Origin: a candidate division FCPU426 bacterium
GTDB taxonomy: Bacteria > Oederibacteriota > Muellerivitia > Muellerivitales > Muellerivitaceae
Direction: 5' to 3'
Assembly (NCBI GenBank): GCA_963796105.1
Contig: CAWCKJ010000007.1
Location: forward strand, 64,001-128,000
Length of the DNA: 64,000 nucleotides
Both the position numbers and the translations under genes were made by a program. Each line of letters starts with the position of its first letter. Position 1 is the stretch's first letter. The notes beneath the pieces were generated by a model that was not told the origin of the DNA, searched no databases, and was given only the letters and a program-made list of their open reading frames with translations. Below are positions 43,801 through 54,494 of the stretch, one piece after another.

Positions 43801-44154
43801 GTCGAAATCGGTGAAACTTGGGCTGTAGGCGGCGCCGCTGGGAATCCAGAAATCGTTGATATAGCTTCCGCTTCCGTTCCAATGGAAGTTGTCGGCGGCG
43901 GAACCACCCGGGTAACGGAGAAAATAATTCCCCGCCGCCTGGACTTGCCTCTGGGTGTTCATGTATTCGGCCGCGTCAATCCAATCACCCGTGTTATTGC
44001 CGAAAATGTTGATGGGAACAAAAGAGGTCAAGGTTGTCGCGGCGTTGACCGTTATTGTAGTCGGAATGGTCTGGGCCAGTACAAACGGGGGCCAGACGGC
44101 TCCGATGACCGAGGTGAAAAACAGGAAGCTTATAATAAATTTCAAAGCCTTCAA
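40870..44154 (-). CDS. Secreted clan GH-A glycoside hydrolase (GH44/51/79-like) with discoidin-like insert, CIA30/CBM11-like domain, TP linker and C-terminal sorting-type domain
   Basis: [44 protein letters not shown]...DGLYYV; likely TTG start at 44154. Confidence 0.82.
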   Translation of the reverse strand: MKALKFIISFLFFTSVIGAVWPPFVLAQTIPTTITVNAATTLTSFVPINIFGNNTGDWIDAAEYMNTQRQVQAAGNYFLRYPGGSAADNFHWNGSGSYINDFWIPSGAAYSPSFTDFDIYTGTTSSYGIPSNLTDGDSSAVWLSNMDTNFPNHQWVELDLTGPDGNPSNTVTMVNAVTIVWGTPYAASFQVQYWAGPNGYPPPYMQGISESNWQTIGSFSSTGGIQGVTFSAVGMEHLRILMTSSSAGAGGAYSIAELYVYGPGGQVTRNTDTLDASGLPAQTWTVVSSMDPGSEEDATVSWDFASFMAYVNSFSPRAIPLITVNMGTGTASEAASWVYYANKAMNYGIKYWQIGNEMHGAWETGGPLNASDYTRRYIEYYNAMKAVDSTITITGPVAGGFTAPSNLYDGNTMIQDFVSMGGAAGVINAIDFHWYPNWGTPANPYSASQALTSAGSLDTYPATLHSWLSEAGLNPTSVPVMMTEYNADAAQPNLVFTVQLGNGLWLADVLGHFITDFGAHGFSNFFDILGGGNEETVATDGDLGYLNNINDGFQYQPRATYWAMQMMASDWAIPGDTNPHQLISTTVTNSASSTLLAAYSDYRPDGVFSLAVVNKDPSNSFAAMITGLPFTPNSTASGWSFNSTNYQWVTTGTTPYHASPDSAPTSFTLTGITSNIPVTFQPYSITVLQFAKAGQPTNTATQTPTITLTPTITPTPNYGPAIMVDDFENLTRDTASGRVNLWGGIWIMLFDNYGTAATVQYGVSPGATGTKYAVQVSGSMAATNTSWCIYQSCLSSTWPPVACNLSGAGVIGVEFWIYGDGNNYRANVLSQAVTDNDSYGYPFSPPKNQWTFYQIPFSQMVTQGWGYQTGLPTAFAGTDVTGLQFATESHGVSFSYEVDQVAFYCSTTFTPTPSPTVTATKTPTSSPTNTITPSATFTPTPSLTPTFTPSQTPTFTASGTITPVATSTPTNTPTPTVTSNGAFTVTPILTPTVSPAATAAPGGPSGAVLYPNPCKGNVLTLVRLSLTSPVSARVQIYTVACRKVLDLTFNPVAPSQVLPLPLADQDGVPLADGLYYVAVTVKGQRQILKWLVLR

Positions 44155-44171
44155 GTAAAACCTTTTTCTTT

Positions 44172-44288
44172 CTACCTCAAGACCAGCCACTTGAGGATTT
44201 GCCTTTGCCCCTTCACCGTTACCGCCACGTAATAAAGCCCGTCGGCCAGGGGAATGCCGTCCTGATCCGCCAAGGGAAGGGGCAATAC
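44172..44288 (-). repeat. 117-bp direct copy of the 3' end (40870-40986) of the adjacent glycoside hydrolase gene
   Basis: One mismatch seen in 117 bp; lies immediately upstream of the same gene's start. Confidence 0.95.
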
Positions 44289-44393
44289 TCCCTTTTCAAC
44301 TTATTTAAAATGCCTATTCCAAAAGTCGCATCCGCTTTATGGGCGCTAACAAAGAAAGGGGCTTTGCGTAAGCAGGTCCAATTAAAATTTTGG

Positions 44394-44460
44394 TTTAATT
44401 GATGGTGACGTCGTCAATAAAGAGGTTCACGGTATTAAAGGGGCCCGTCGCCATAGAACT
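44394..44460 (-). pseudogene. Orphan 3' fragment paralogous to the C-terminus of the 44509 gene
   Basis: TGPFNTVNLFIDDVTIN* versus SGPFNTVDFYLDDFSIE*. Confidence 0.6.
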
Positions 44461-44508
44461 GTTGACGAAAGGTCGTCCCTTGATTCTTTCCGCACGGAAA
44501 CGCACGAT

Positions 44509-46101
44509 TTATTCAATGCTGAAATCGTCAAGGTAAAAGTCAACGGTATTAAATGGACCCGATGTGCCTGAAGCCCCCGTGTAAAGGCTTATTGTAATTT
44601 CCCAAACTGCGGTAGGATCAATGCTACCATGGCCGCCATAAATGATCGGATATGTAATTTGCGTCCAAACCCCGGTAGTTAAAGTCACCGATTCTCCGCC
44701 ATCCCCATACAAAGTATCCACATCCAATCCTAACTGGTTGCCACTAGCATCGGGAAGTTGATTGATGTAATACCAGAAAGAAATTGATTTTCCGGTTAAG
44801 TTAACAGGAGGGTTGAAATTATAAAAGATCTCCCCAAACTGTGCGGCTCCGGAAAATAAGAATGTAGCGCAAGCGGATTGGCTTCCCGAATGAGACTCAG
44901 CGATTGTAAGCGCTAACGGCGATGCTGTTTCTCCGCTGCTCCAGGATCTCCATCCAGTAGGCAATGATGATTCCTCAAACCCTTCAGCCGGAAAAGTATC
45001 GACCGTGGAAGTTGGGGTGACGGTAGCGGTGAATGTTTCCGTGGCCGTGTTAGTAATGGTCGGAGTATTAGACGCCGTTGGTGTCGAATCAACCGCCTGC
45101 GACCCGTTGATAATACCCGGTTGGCCCGCTGTCCCGTTAATAGCTGAATTGCTTCCAGTCCCACCAGCCCCACCATTCACCTCCATAAAACCGGAAAAAG
45201 GAGGAGCATTAATATCAATAATTCCACCGCCGCCGCCACCCCCTCCACCAGCCTGCGCAGAATTTTCTCCCGACCCGCCATTAGCGGAAATAGTGCCGTT
45301 ACCTAGGAAATATGGGACTGCGATATATATCCCGCCGCCTGCGCCACCCCCGCTGCCGTTGCAATACCCCACACTGCCTCCTACGGATTGGCCGTCCATA
45401 TCAATAGTTCCATTGATGGTGACAGCTACGTTTCCAGAACCCGAACCCGAGGCAACTATCCACAATAAAGCCCCACCGCTTCCCCCTGAGTTGGACGGAC
45501 AATTTCCACTACCTCCCCCACTACCCATTAAACCGGGGACAGTAGTGTCGTTTTTATTTGTCGAAAGTGTGTTTGGCGTCGCCCCGTCGCCACCAGAACC
45601 CCCATGACCACCGCCTGTGCCAGTGGAACCTCCTCCACCAGTGCCAAGTCCCGGACCATAGCCCAAGCCGACGCCGTTGATCGAACCACCGGCTTCCGCC
45701 GTTAGGTACTGGTAGATATCAAGGGTCACCGCCCCGTTGATATAAAGCGTTCCTCCAGGGGATATAACAATATCCTCATAAATATAAGTCCCGGACGTTA
45801 GTGTGACCGATCCGGTAACATTGAGGGTGGGAAGGGGCGTTGCTGTGGAGGTCGCTGTTTTAGTTGGTGTGGAACTCACGGTTGGCGTATTGGTAATAGT
45901 CGGGGTTGGGCTCGCGGTGAAAGTCACCGTAAGCGTCATCGAATTCGTCGGCGTAATGGTTTGCGTCAGTGTTGGAGTGATGGTCGGACTTTGAATGGTA
46001 ATAGGCTTGGCGGGAGTGCTGATGGAGGAACTACAAGCGCCGGTCAGGGCCGCTGCCACCGCGAGGATGAGGACCGAGGCCCAAACGGATTTGTTCCCCA
46101 T
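44509..46101 (-). CDS. TP-linker lipoprotein with Gly-rich domain and C-terminal CBM-like domain
   Basis: MGNKSVWA...LTGAC lipobox; TPT repeats; GGGGGGG stretches. Confidence 0.8.
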   Translation of the reverse strand: MGNKSVWASVLILAVAAALTGACSSSISTPAKPITIQSPTITPTLTQTITPTNSMTLTVTFTASPTPTITNTPTVSSTPTKTATSTATPLPTLNVTGSVTLTSGTYIYEDIVISPGGTLYINGAVTLDIYQYLTAEAGGSINGVGLGYGPGLGTGGGGSTGTGGGHGGSGGDGATPNTLSTNKNDTTVPGLMGSGGGSGNCPSNSGGSGGALLWIVASGSGSGNVAVTINGTIDMDGQSVGGSVGYCNGSGGGAGGGIYIAVPYFLGNGTISANGGSGENSAQAGGGGGGGGGIIDINAPPFSGFMEVNGGAGGTGSNSAINGTAGQPGIINGSQAVDSTPTASNTPTITNTATETFTATVTPTSTVDTFPAEGFEESSLPTGWRSWSSGETASPLALTIAESHSGSQSACATFLFSGAAQFGEIFYNFNPPVNLTGKSISFWYYINQLPDASGNQLGLDVDTLYGDGGESVTLTTGVWTQITYPIIYGGHGSIDPTAVWEITISLYTGASGTSGPFNTVDFYLDDFSIE

Positions 46102-46247
46102 ACCGATACCCCTTGAATTTATTCCCCGCCTCAAGAAAACAAGGGGGTATTAGCATTAAACTTAACCCTATTCAGTCTGGCTAAAGTTAAACCGGCATTC
46201 TTGAACAAGGAGCACTTGAATTTTTCTCAGCGAAAATAAAAAATAAC

Positions 46248-46805
46248 TTAAAAGTGCAATGCCGCCGTGACCTTGGGGCCGTAAGCCATGGCCGTCGTAA
46301 ATTCCGACCGACTCAAGAGGCCCACATTGATTCCAAGAGAGTATTTATCAACCGGAAATTCCAACAGATCCCCAAAACTTTTGTGTTTCAATTCTTTGAG
46401 CTTATCGTTGTGCTGGGAAGCTTCCATCGGCGCAAAAATCATGCTGGAAACCCACCCGCCCAGCCCTAAACCGAGTCCAATTTCCAGTCCGGTGTAATCC
46501 GTTTGGCCATAAGCGTTGATGCCGGTTCCTGATGGAAAACAGACCAGAACCACTGCCCCGCTTACGACAAATACATCGCAGAAAATCCCTACCGTAACAT
46601 CAACACCATCCCCGACATAATATTGGCCTAACCCGGGGACAAGAAATGAGTATAGGAAAGCCAAATTAGCATCCTTTTCATTCTCATTGTCCGGCATGAT
46701 CGTTCGTGGGAGAGGCTCACCACTCGCGTTTTGGGGAAAACAAGGCGTCATCAGCAACAACCCCATAAGCAAAATGCCCGCCCAGTGAATCCTGAAATAT
46801 TTCAT
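46248..46805 (-). CDS. Hypothetical membrane protein (TM2/DUF5683-like motif)
   Basis: AFLYSFLVPGLGQYYVG. Confidence 0.65.
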   Translation of the reverse strand: MKYFRIHWAGILLMGLLLMTPCFPQNASGEPLPRTIMPDNENEKDANLAFLYSFLVPGLGQYYVGDGVDVTVGIFCDVFVVSGAVVLVCFPSGTGINAYGQTDYTGLEIGLGLGLGGWVSSMIFAPMEASQHNDKLKELKHKSFGDLLEFPVDKYSLGINVGLLSRSEFTTAMAYGPKVTAALHF

Positions 46806-46988
46806 AACCCCCCCCTTAAAAATTTCTCATTTCACGTTCAATTGCATTGGTACTTTCAAACCATTTATAGTAAGTGGCTCCCGCATTTGTTGTTAAGAAT
46901 TATCTAATGCGTTGGTGCATTTCTAAAAATAAGAAAACCGCGTTCCAAATGAAAATTTTACACAAACACTAATGCGTATTAACGCGAA

Positions 46989-47584
46989 CTAGAATTCAAC
47001 CAATTTGGCAGTAGGAGAGCCATCTTTTATAAGGATGATGCTTCCGGCCATCGCGGCTAGGCTTATACCGCTAATAGTCAATCCATTTGAGACCGCATTG
47101 TCAGAACTACCGGCAAAAGATCCAGCTCCGACAATAATTCCGAGAAGACTGCCAATGACAAGAGCGGCGCCTGTTAGGGTTTCCGCGCTTTTACCTTCTG
47201 TTAATTCCCAGGTTTGTGTCCCCCCATTCGCGCTTACGTGAAAACTGGGGCCAGGAGAGCCAGCTAGGGAATAAAACCCATTGGGCAGTTCCAATTCCGC
47301 GGGGGCCTCACAAAGAAGCTTGCTAGTTTCACCATACCCATTAAGAGTTGCGTTTAATCCGCTCGCGGAAATTTCGGTTTGGTTTAAAATTCGCTTTATT
47401 GACATTGTTTTATTACTTTCGCTTTTAAAATGAGTTTAGTGACTCCAGCTTGCATGTTTTGCCCATTTTCCTTAAGTACGCGAATACCTGATGAATCCTT
47501 GGCCCGAACGTAAAGCGGTAAAAAAACAATCGAGACGATCAATAAAAACTGCAACCCCATCATTTTTCCACGGAACATTTTCAT
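46989..47584 (-). pseudogene. Hypothetical membrane protein split by one frameshift in an A-run near 47408
   Basis: ORF 47396-47584 (signal peptide) and ORF 46989-47405 join if one A is added. Confidence 0.55.
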
Positions 47585-47738
47585 AAAATCTTCTCCTTCT
47601 GGAAATAGAACTAAACTTTAGTGATGACCGCGACATTCCCCCTTCAAATGTGTGAACATTCTCATATCCTTGCGTTTTTAGATTTTATATTTCTTTCAAG
47701 CCTAGAGGTTTCCACGGCCTTTTTAATACCGTTTAGGG

Positions 47739-48545
47739 CTAAGGACAAGTCTGCCCTTGGATGGAATAGATGGAACCCAAAAGGGCAGTGCCACCCGACC
47801 ATGTCAGTGGAAAATAGTATTGTCCGGGCGTTTCCGTGCCAGGAAAACTAGTCTCCACAAAACCAATGCTTCCTGTAGGCGAGGACAATTTTACGCTTGA
47901 ATAAAAAACCAACCAATAAGTGGTTGCGCTTGTGATACTGACCGATGTCTGCAATGGATATGAAAACCAAGCGTCCGACGAAACAGTCCCTAACGGTAAA
48001 GATTGGAAGCCTGTCTCTGAAAGTAAATTTCCCGGGAATAATGAACTATCGGAATAAATACCAAGTTCCAAACCCACTGCGCTTCCAGTCGCGGGGATAT
48101 AAATCTCAAGGCTATTCAAAGTTGTACTGGAAGTGGCTGAAAAGGATTGGGCGTAAAGATTATTTCCAATGGCGGTTCCAGCCGCGCCCGTGTTGCTCGT
48201 TCCTAAAACCGTGCTTGAGTTGCATGTCGGCGTAATCGTAGGCGTCGATGTCGGCGTGGGCGTATAGGTGGAGGTGCCCGTTTTGGTCGGTGTGGCAGTT
48301 ACTGTTGGTGTTCTGGTTTTTGTCGGCGTATTGGTCCCCGTAAAAGTCGCCGTTACCAAAATAGTCACGGGTGTATCGGTACTGGTGGGCGTGGCGGTGA
48401 TGGTATAGGTGGGTGTTATGGTTGGGGTTGACGTAGGATTATTATGTGGGGAAGAGGGATTACTGGAATTGTTGGAGCATGACACGGCAAAGACCGCCGC
48501 CGCCATGAGTACAAAAATGACCGCCCAAACGGATTTATTTACCAT
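47739..48545 (-). CDS. TP-linker lipoprotein with C-terminal beta-sandwich domain
   Basis: MVNKSVWAVIF...AVSC lipobox; SNNSSNPSSP; TPT repeats. Confidence 0.8.
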   Translation of the reverse strand: MVNKSVWAVIFVLMAAAVFAVSCSNNSSNPSSPHNNPTSTPTITPTYTITATPTSTDTPVTILVTATFTGTNTPTKTRTPTVTATPTKTGTSTYTPTPTSTPTITPTCNSSTVLGTSNTGAAGTAIGNNLYAQSFSATSSTTLNSLEIYIPATGSAVGLELGIYSDSSLFPGNLLSETGFQSLPLGTVSSDAWFSYPLQTSVSITSATTYWLVFYSSVKLSSPTGSIGFVETSFPGTETPGQYYFPLTWSGGTALLGSIYSIQGQTCP

Positions 48546-48653
48546 TTAAATTCTCCCCATTTGAATTAAAAACAAAAGCCCCACACCGCAAACGCTGTCA
48601 GTGAAAAAAATCCCAGCCGCGACTGGCCAGGAACTTCTTCCAGACCCGCATTC

Positions 48654-49274
48654 CTATGTTGGCCAATGCAAGGTCCAAGCATCATTTACATTGCAATCGG
48701 TGACAGTATCATCAAAAGTCACGGTATTCGGCCCCGAACTGATCGTTGCCGTAAATTCGCATTGTGCTTGATTGCTGCACCAATAAAGGCCGGTAGGGTT
48801 ATTGGCCGTGAATAATTCGAAAGTAAGAACATACTGCCCGGGAGTTGCGTTGTAAAAAATCGTGACGGCATTCATGCTGGTATAAGGATCTCCTTGCGCG
48901 TTTTGGCACGTATAAAAAGCAGAACCCAGGCCATTCGCGCTGCCGTCCATAGTTACGATGAGTGAATACCCGCAGGGATTTTTTAAATTAAAAAGCACGT
49001 AGCCTTTTGCCGGCGCTTGCGTAGGAGTCATGGTGGGTGTTGAGGTAATGACGGCCGTCGGGATCATTGTGTGGGTTTTAGTGGGGGTGGCGGTTGGCGT
49101 ACTTGTATAAATGGGTGTGATAGTTCTCGTGAGAGTGGGGGTAAGGGTCGGGGTTGCTGTAGGATTATTATTTTGCGGGGAAGAAGGATTACTGGAATTG
49201 TTGGAGCATGACCCTGAAAAGACCGCCGCCGCTATAAGTATAAAAATGACTGCCCAAACGGATTTATTTTCCAT
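48654..49274 (-). CDS. TP-linker lipoprotein with Cys-containing C-terminal domain
   Basis: MENKSVWAVIF...SGSC lipobox; 5' region nearly identical to the 47739 gene. Confidence 0.8.
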   Translation of the reverse strand: MENKSVWAVIFILIAAAVFSGSCSNNSSNPSSPQNNNPTATPTLTPTLTRTITPIYTSTPTATPTKTHTMIPTAVITSTPTMTPTQAPAKGYVLFNLKNPCGYSLIVTMDGSANGLGSAFYTCQNAQGDPYTSMNAVTIFYNATPGQYVLTFELFTANNPTGLYWCSNQAQCEFTATISSGPNTVTFDDTVTDCNVNDAWTLHWPT

Positions 49275-49774
49275 TTAAATTCTCCCCAAATAATTGTTGA
49301 TTAACTTGTTGGATGTTAAATGCGTCGATATGCCTTGAATATGGCTGTCATCATACAAGTGCGATTAAATCGTGTGAATAAAATAAAAATAATTTTATGA
49401 TGTGAATGTAAATTTTGAGTCAAGCAGTTACCAATGGTTACCATTAAATTTTAATGCCGGGCTTATTAAACAGTTTTTAGAAGTAACGGCCTGGCTTTTG
49501 CCCGGGTTTCGTTTTTTAGCGGGAATCAAAACAATATCGAGTGGTACAAATTCCGATTGTTGCCCCTGAAAGCGGTATCAAAAACCTTCTATTGGGGTTG
49601 GATGGGTTTAGAAATTCATTATTTAGGTTTAAATTGTAAGAATTATGCGGTTTTGACCGAGAATGGGGACTAGCATTGACCTCCGCTGGCGCTCATCGTC
49701 GTCATGGCAAGGCCGGACCCAGATGAAACCAACCGCCAATTTGAGCCATGGGAAATGGATGAGAGAGAAGATCC

Positions 49775-51202
49775 TTATTGGATTTTTCGGATGAGGCTGT
49801 TGCCCGTGTCGGCAACATAGACATTTCCCGCGGAATCCACCGCGATTCCTTGGGGATAATTGAAGGACGCGCCTGTCCCGGTGCCATCGGCATGCCCCAC
49901 TGTGCCGGCCTGTCCCGCCAGGGTGGAAACAGTTCCAGAGGTGATTTTTCGGATGAGCTGGTTGCCGGTATCCGCCACGTAGACATTCCCGTAGTTATCC
50001 ACCGCGACTCCGTCGGGAAAGCTGAAAGACGCGGATGCAACGGATCCGTTCATGCTCCCAGTCACGCCCGCCTGGCCCGCCAGGGTTGACACCGTCCCGT
50101 CGGGGGCGATTTCCCGGATAAGGCTGTTACTCGTATCTGCCACATAGACGTTGCCGGAGGAATCCACCGCGACGCCATTCGGATAATAGAATGATGAAGC
50201 TGATCCGGGGCCGTTGGAGGACCCTGTCACGCCCGCCTGTCCGGCCAAGGTGGTCACATCGCCCCCCGGTAAAAACTTCCGGATGAAATGGTTATCGGTG
50301 TCCGCCACGTAGATGTTCCCGGAGGAATCCACCGCGACTCCCGAGGGATAACTGAATAACGCGGCCGTCGCCGGCCCGTTCAAGGATCCTGTCACGCCCG
50401 CCTGCCCCGTTAAAGTTGATACCGCGGCTCCTGAGCCGATGATCCGGATGAGGCTGTTACTTGTGTCGGCCACATAGACGTTGCCGGTGGAATCAACCGC
50501 GACGCCATACGGATAATAGAAGGATGCGCTGGTTCCGTTTCCATTGGCATGCCCGGTCACGCCGGCCTGCCCCGCCACGGTCGACACGATACCGCCGGAA
50601 GTGATGATACGAATGAGTTGATTGTTTGAGTCCCCCACGTAGATGTTCCCGGAAGTATCCATGGCCACTCCATCGGGAAACCCGAACGTCGAGGAGGTCC
50701 CTGTTGACGCGTTAATGGCCCCGGTCACGCCCGCCTGGCCGGCAATAGTTGTGACAGCCCCGCCGTTATTGTGGGTGGAGGTAATAGTCATGGTGAACGT
50801 TTGGGTGCTCGTGGGTGTTTTCGTCGTCGTGTTCGTGGGCGTGGAAGTCATGTTGTTCGTGGGTGAATAAGTCGGCGACGGGGTTGGTGTCAGGCTGAGC
50901 GTGGGATTGGGGGTGTTCGTGGGGGTTAAAGTCAGACTGCTCGTAGGAGTATAGGTCGGCGTTTTGGTTCCGGTCTGGCTGGGAGTGGGTGTGCCCGTGG
51001 GTGTTAAAGTTAGACTGCTCGTAGGGGTATAGGTCGGGGTGGGAACCCCATTTTCAGGAGAGGAAGGATTACTATTACTCTTACATCCCGCCGAAAAGAT
51101 CGCAACCGGAATTACCGCCGCCGTCATTATGGAGAAAACCATGAATATCTTGCGTAACGGAGTTTCATTTTCCGGACGAAAACCAACCCCAGGATTGAGC
51201 AT
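49775..51202 (-). CDS. NHL-repeat (beta-propeller) lipoprotein with TP linker
   Basis: SAGC lipobox; six PxGVAVDSxGNVYVADT repeats. Confidence 0.9.
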   Translation of the reverse strand: MLNPGVGFRPENETPLRKIFMVFSIMTAAVIPVAIFSAGCKSNSNPSSPENGVPTPTYTPTSSLTLTPTGTPTPSQTGTKTPTYTPTSSLTLTPTNTPNPTLSLTPTPSPTYSPTNNMTSTPTNTTTKTPTSTQTFTMTITSTHNNGGAVTTIAGQAGVTGAINASTGTSSTFGFPDGVAMDTSGNIYVGDSNNQLIRIITSGGIVSTVAGQAGVTGHANGNGTSASFYYPYGVAVDSTGNVYVADTSNSLIRIIGSGAAVSTLTGQAGVTGSLNGPATAALFSYPSGVAVDSSGNIYVADTDNHFIRKFLPGGDVTTLAGQAGVTGSSNGPGSASSFYYPNGVAVDSSGNVYVADTSNSLIREIAPDGTVSTLAGQAGVTGSMNGSVASASFSFPDGVAVDNYGNVYVADTGNQLIRKITSGTVSTLAGQAGTVGHADGTGTGASFNYPQGIAVDSAGNVYVADTGNSLIRKIQ

Positions 51203-51444
51203 TTTACTTTCTCCCCTTTTTATTATTTACGCGCTTTACTAAATATAGAACCAAACTGATTTTGAATATTAAAAAAATATTTATCCACCGATGGTTTATC
51301 ATTGTCCTAAAACATCAATAGAAAAAAAGGAAGAACCGGCGCATGCCGGTGATCTTTTAATAATAGAAACGCGGTTAGCATAGCAACGATCAAAGGATTT
51401 TCCAATATTTTCGAATCCACGGTTTCCAAAAGAAACGGAACTAA

Positions 51445-52899
51445 ATGTCCCCTGAATCCAAAAATGATTTAAGAACCCTTTGGCGGGAAGATAAAGAGGT
51501 GTTCGCCCTGATGGCCGCCGTGGCCGTGGTGTATTCGGTTCTGGGCATCCTGCGCCATCTCCATTTCCAATCCAGGGCCTGGGACCTTGGAAATTTCGAC
51601 CAGATGGTTTGGCATTACAGCCGGTTTGAAAAACCAGGGTGCAGTGATTTGGGGTTGGAAAATGGATTAGGAGACCATTTCAACCCCATTCTGGCCTTAT
51701 TCGCGCCGCTTTATTGGGTTTGGCCGCGGGTGGAAATGCTGTTGGCGGCCCAAGCTCTGTTGTTTTCTTCCGCCTTAATCCCCATTTTCCTTTTCACCGA
51801 AAGAAGAATGGGCCGCCGGTGCGCTTACCTTATATGCGCCTCCTTCTGTGTCTTTTGGGGGTGTCAAAATACCCTCCACGACGACTTTCACCCGGACATT
51901 TTCGCGGTTCCTGTGATCGCTTTCGCCTTGTATTTTCTCGACCTCGAGAAATGGGCTGGTTTTTTGGCTTCAATGGTTTTGCTTCTTTTGGTGAAAGAGG
52001 AATTGACCTTAGTGGTGGTTTTTTTCGGGGTTTACCTTGCCATCAACAAAAAAAAATTGTTCGGTTTCCTTGTCTTCGCGTTGGGAGCCGCCGCTTTTTA
52101 TCTCGAGGTTATGGTTTTAGTGCCTTATTTCCGCGGATCGGGAGGGGGCTATCCCCATTGGTTTTATCCCGGCCTCGGCCAACAACCTTCCGAATCGTTA
52201 ATGAACATTATGAAAAACCCGTCCCTTGTAATTGAAATCTTTTTATCACAACCCGCAAGGATTAAAGCGTTGCTGTTCCTGTTCGGTTCCTTCCTTTTCC
52301 TGCCTTTTTTCTCGAAAATTGTGGTTTTAACGCTGCCGTTGATCGCGGCAAACGGGTTATCTTCCCATCCGGGTCTTTGGAACCTGGATTCTTATTATTC
52401 CGCTTTTTTCTGTCCGCTTTTGACGCTTTCCGCCGCCGATGGGCTATTTAACTTATGGAACCACCCCTTCATAAAAAAACTTAAAATGGGTGACCCCGTC
52501 CGTCCCGCCTCTTTGTTGCTAGCCCTCAACATAGTCCTAGCATTCCTGCTTTCCCCCTGGGGGGACATTGTTCAGCCCGGATTTTGGAAACCCAACCCGG
52601 CGGAAAAAGCCTCCGCTTTGGCTTTCTCCTACATCCCCCCGGACGCATCCGTGATGACCCAAGACCGTATCGCCCCCCATCTTTCCCACCGGCGGGCCAT
52701 TTACACCTATAAAAATATCGGGGATTGCAACGCCAATGTTGATTTTTTCGTCGCTTGCCGGGATATTGACGCCTGGCCGAATTCTTTCGGCCAAGTCCAG
52801 ATGTGCTTAAGCCTCAAGGAAGGGCATGGATACCGGAAAATATTCGACAGCCAGGGCTGGGTGGTTTTAAGAAATGAGAATTATTCGGGCTTTCACTAA
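51445..52899 (+). CDS. DUF2079-like membrane protein (GT-C-like)
   Basis: AWDLGNFDQ, GDHFNPIL, DFHP, LLVKEE, PHLSHR. Confidence 0.8.
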   Translation: MSPESKNDLRTLWREDKEVFALMAAVAVVYSVLGILRHLHFQSRAWDLGNFDQMVWHYSRFEKPGCSDLGLENGLGDHFNPILALFAPLYWVWPRVEMLLAAQALLFSSALIPIFLFTERRMGRRCAYLICASFCVFWGCQNTLHDDFHPDIFAVPVIAFALYFLDLEKWAGFLASMVLLLLVKEELTLVVVFFGVYLAINKKKLFGFLVFALGAAAFYLEVMVLVPYFRGSGGGYPHWFYPGLGQQPSESLMNIMKNPSLVIEIFLSQPARIKALLFLFGSFLFLPFFSKIVVLTLPLIAANGLSSHPGLWNLDSYYSAFFCPLLTLSAADGLFNLWNHPFIKKLKMGDPVRPASLLLALNIVLAFLLSPWGDIVQPGFWKPNPAEKASALAFSYIPPDASVMTQDRIAPHLSHRRAIYTYKNIGDCNANVDFFVACRDIDAWPNSFGQVQMCLSLKEGHGYRKIFDSQGWVVLRNENYSGFH

Positions 52900-53080
52900 G
52901 CACGATGTTTACACATATGACGATATATACAAATTATGTCGGATTTAGTGAAAGGATGACCACGATTTAGACATAAACACAAATAAACAACAAAAAAAGA
53001 CATCAACAAAAGGGTTAGTGGTTCGACTAGCTCAACAAAGGCTTTACCGAAGGAATCATATTGGGTGTACTTCCCTACCC

Positions 53081-53632
53081 GTAGGGTCGAGGACTGGCGA
53101 GGTGATGTGCAGGTTGATCCTTGGCTTGTTTCCCCGTTTCCTTCGCTCCGCGGACATTACTCCGCTTCTCCTGTCTGCCGAAGCTTCAGCGCAGGCAGAT
53201 AGCTACTTTTAACCCGTCCTACTCCCTCTTGCCTTCGACCGCCTTCCCGCGTTGCGTTATACGGCCTACCTTTTTCCAAGTATTTCTACTTGGGGCAAGG
53301 AGGGTCTCTCCAGTTGCTCAATGTGTCCTTGTCTTCATGCCGTGGCTAAGCACCCCGCCAGAGTGTTCCAGCGCATTGGCCATCTGGCCGCTGTTCCATG
53401 TTGCCTTCATCCCACGACGGAGGATTCGGCCTCTGGGGCTATTGTTTTCGGGGCCACCTATGCCTTCACTTGCGTTACGGCCTGACGACTCGCTCACCAT
53501 CCCGAAGATGGCTTTGTCGATGGGCTTCAGGCATTAAGTTTCCCGCTTGCCTGCCATCCTAGCTAATGGGCTTTGGCTATTACCCATGCAAGTCTACCTC
53601 TTGCTGAACACTCCTGCCTTTTCTGGACGCGC
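53081..53632 (-). mobile_element. Group II intron, degenerate ORF-less copy lacking domain V
   Basis: Same 5' (GCGCGTCCAGAAAAGGC) and 3' (GTCCTCGACCCTAC) ends as the adjacent copy; about 310-bp internal deletion. Confidence 0.85.
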
Positions 53633-54494
53633 GTAGGGTCGAGGACTGGCGCGGCGATGTGCAGGTAAACCCTTGGCTTGTTTCCCCGTTTCCGGTTCCG
53701 TGCCCGTTTAGGGTCTTCCATCATTCCGTTTCCAGCCCCCGCCACCTCGAACGCAACGTGCGGATTTCCCGCATTGCGCTCTCCTGTTGCTTTCGCGTCA
53801 AAGTTTATGGTGCTTATCGAAACCGGCAGTGCTTTCAAGTATGGTTCGCCTATGAACTTTCCCCTACTCCACCTGTCCCGGCTTTCTAAGCTTTCCCTTT
53901 AACGTATATCCCTCGTCTCAGGTCTTGCAGACTAATGGACGTCTTTTTCATACCGTCCCTGCCTCCCACTTTTGCCGAAAGATTTCACAACAGCAGGGTT
54001 ACTTCGCTCCACGGACATTACTCCGCTTCTCCTGTCTGCCAAAGCTTCAGCGCAGGCAGATAGCTACTTTTAACCCGTCCTACTCCCTCTTGCCTTCGAC
54101 CGCTTTCCCGTTTTTCGGTTATACGGCCTACCCTTTTCCAAGTATTTCTACCTGGGGCAAGGAGGGTCTCTCCAGTTGCTCAATGTGTCCTTGTCCTCAT
54201 GCCGTGGCTAAGCACCCCGCCAGAGTGTTCCAGCGCATTGGCCATCTTGCAGCTGTTCCATGTTGCCTTCATCCCACGACGGAGGATTCGGCCTCTGGGG
54301 CTATTGTTTTCGGGGCCACCTATGCCTTTACTTTCGTTACGGCCTGACGACTCGCTCACCATCCCGAGGATGGCTTTGTCGATGGGCTTCAGGCAGTCGG
54401 TTTCCCTCCTGCCTGCCATCCTAGCTAATGGGTTTTGGCTATTACCCATGCAAGTCTACCTCTTGCTGAACACACCGGCCTTTTCTGGACGCGC
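53633..54494 (-). mobile_element. Group II intron, ORF-less, with intact-looking DV/DVI
   Basis: DV GAGCGCAATGCGGGAAATCCGCACGTTGCGTTC (about 53749-53781, AGC triad); 3' end CCCTAC; remnant of intron-encoded protein start MKKTSISLQDLRRGIYVKGKA* at 53951-53886. Confidence 0.92.

Noticed and set aside
44155..44190. ORF-track start (GTG 44190) for the glycoside hydrolase
   Set aside because: It lies within the duplicated 3' fragment; TTG at 44154 has a plausible RBS and leads directly into the signal peptide
46989..47584. Programmed frameshifting or phase variation
   Set aside because: A single-base loss in a short A-run; several similar homopolymer indels in the window point to sequencing error or decay
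49697..49710. Possible degenerate copy of the cassette-boundary palindrome (CGTCGTCATGGCAA)
   Set aside because: Only a partial right-arm match and no left arm
51330..51357. Isolated ACCGGCGCATGCCGGT hairpin containing part of the array core (similar 13-mer near 56500)
   Set aside because: Short matches without spacer context; could be chance or a terminator-like hairpin
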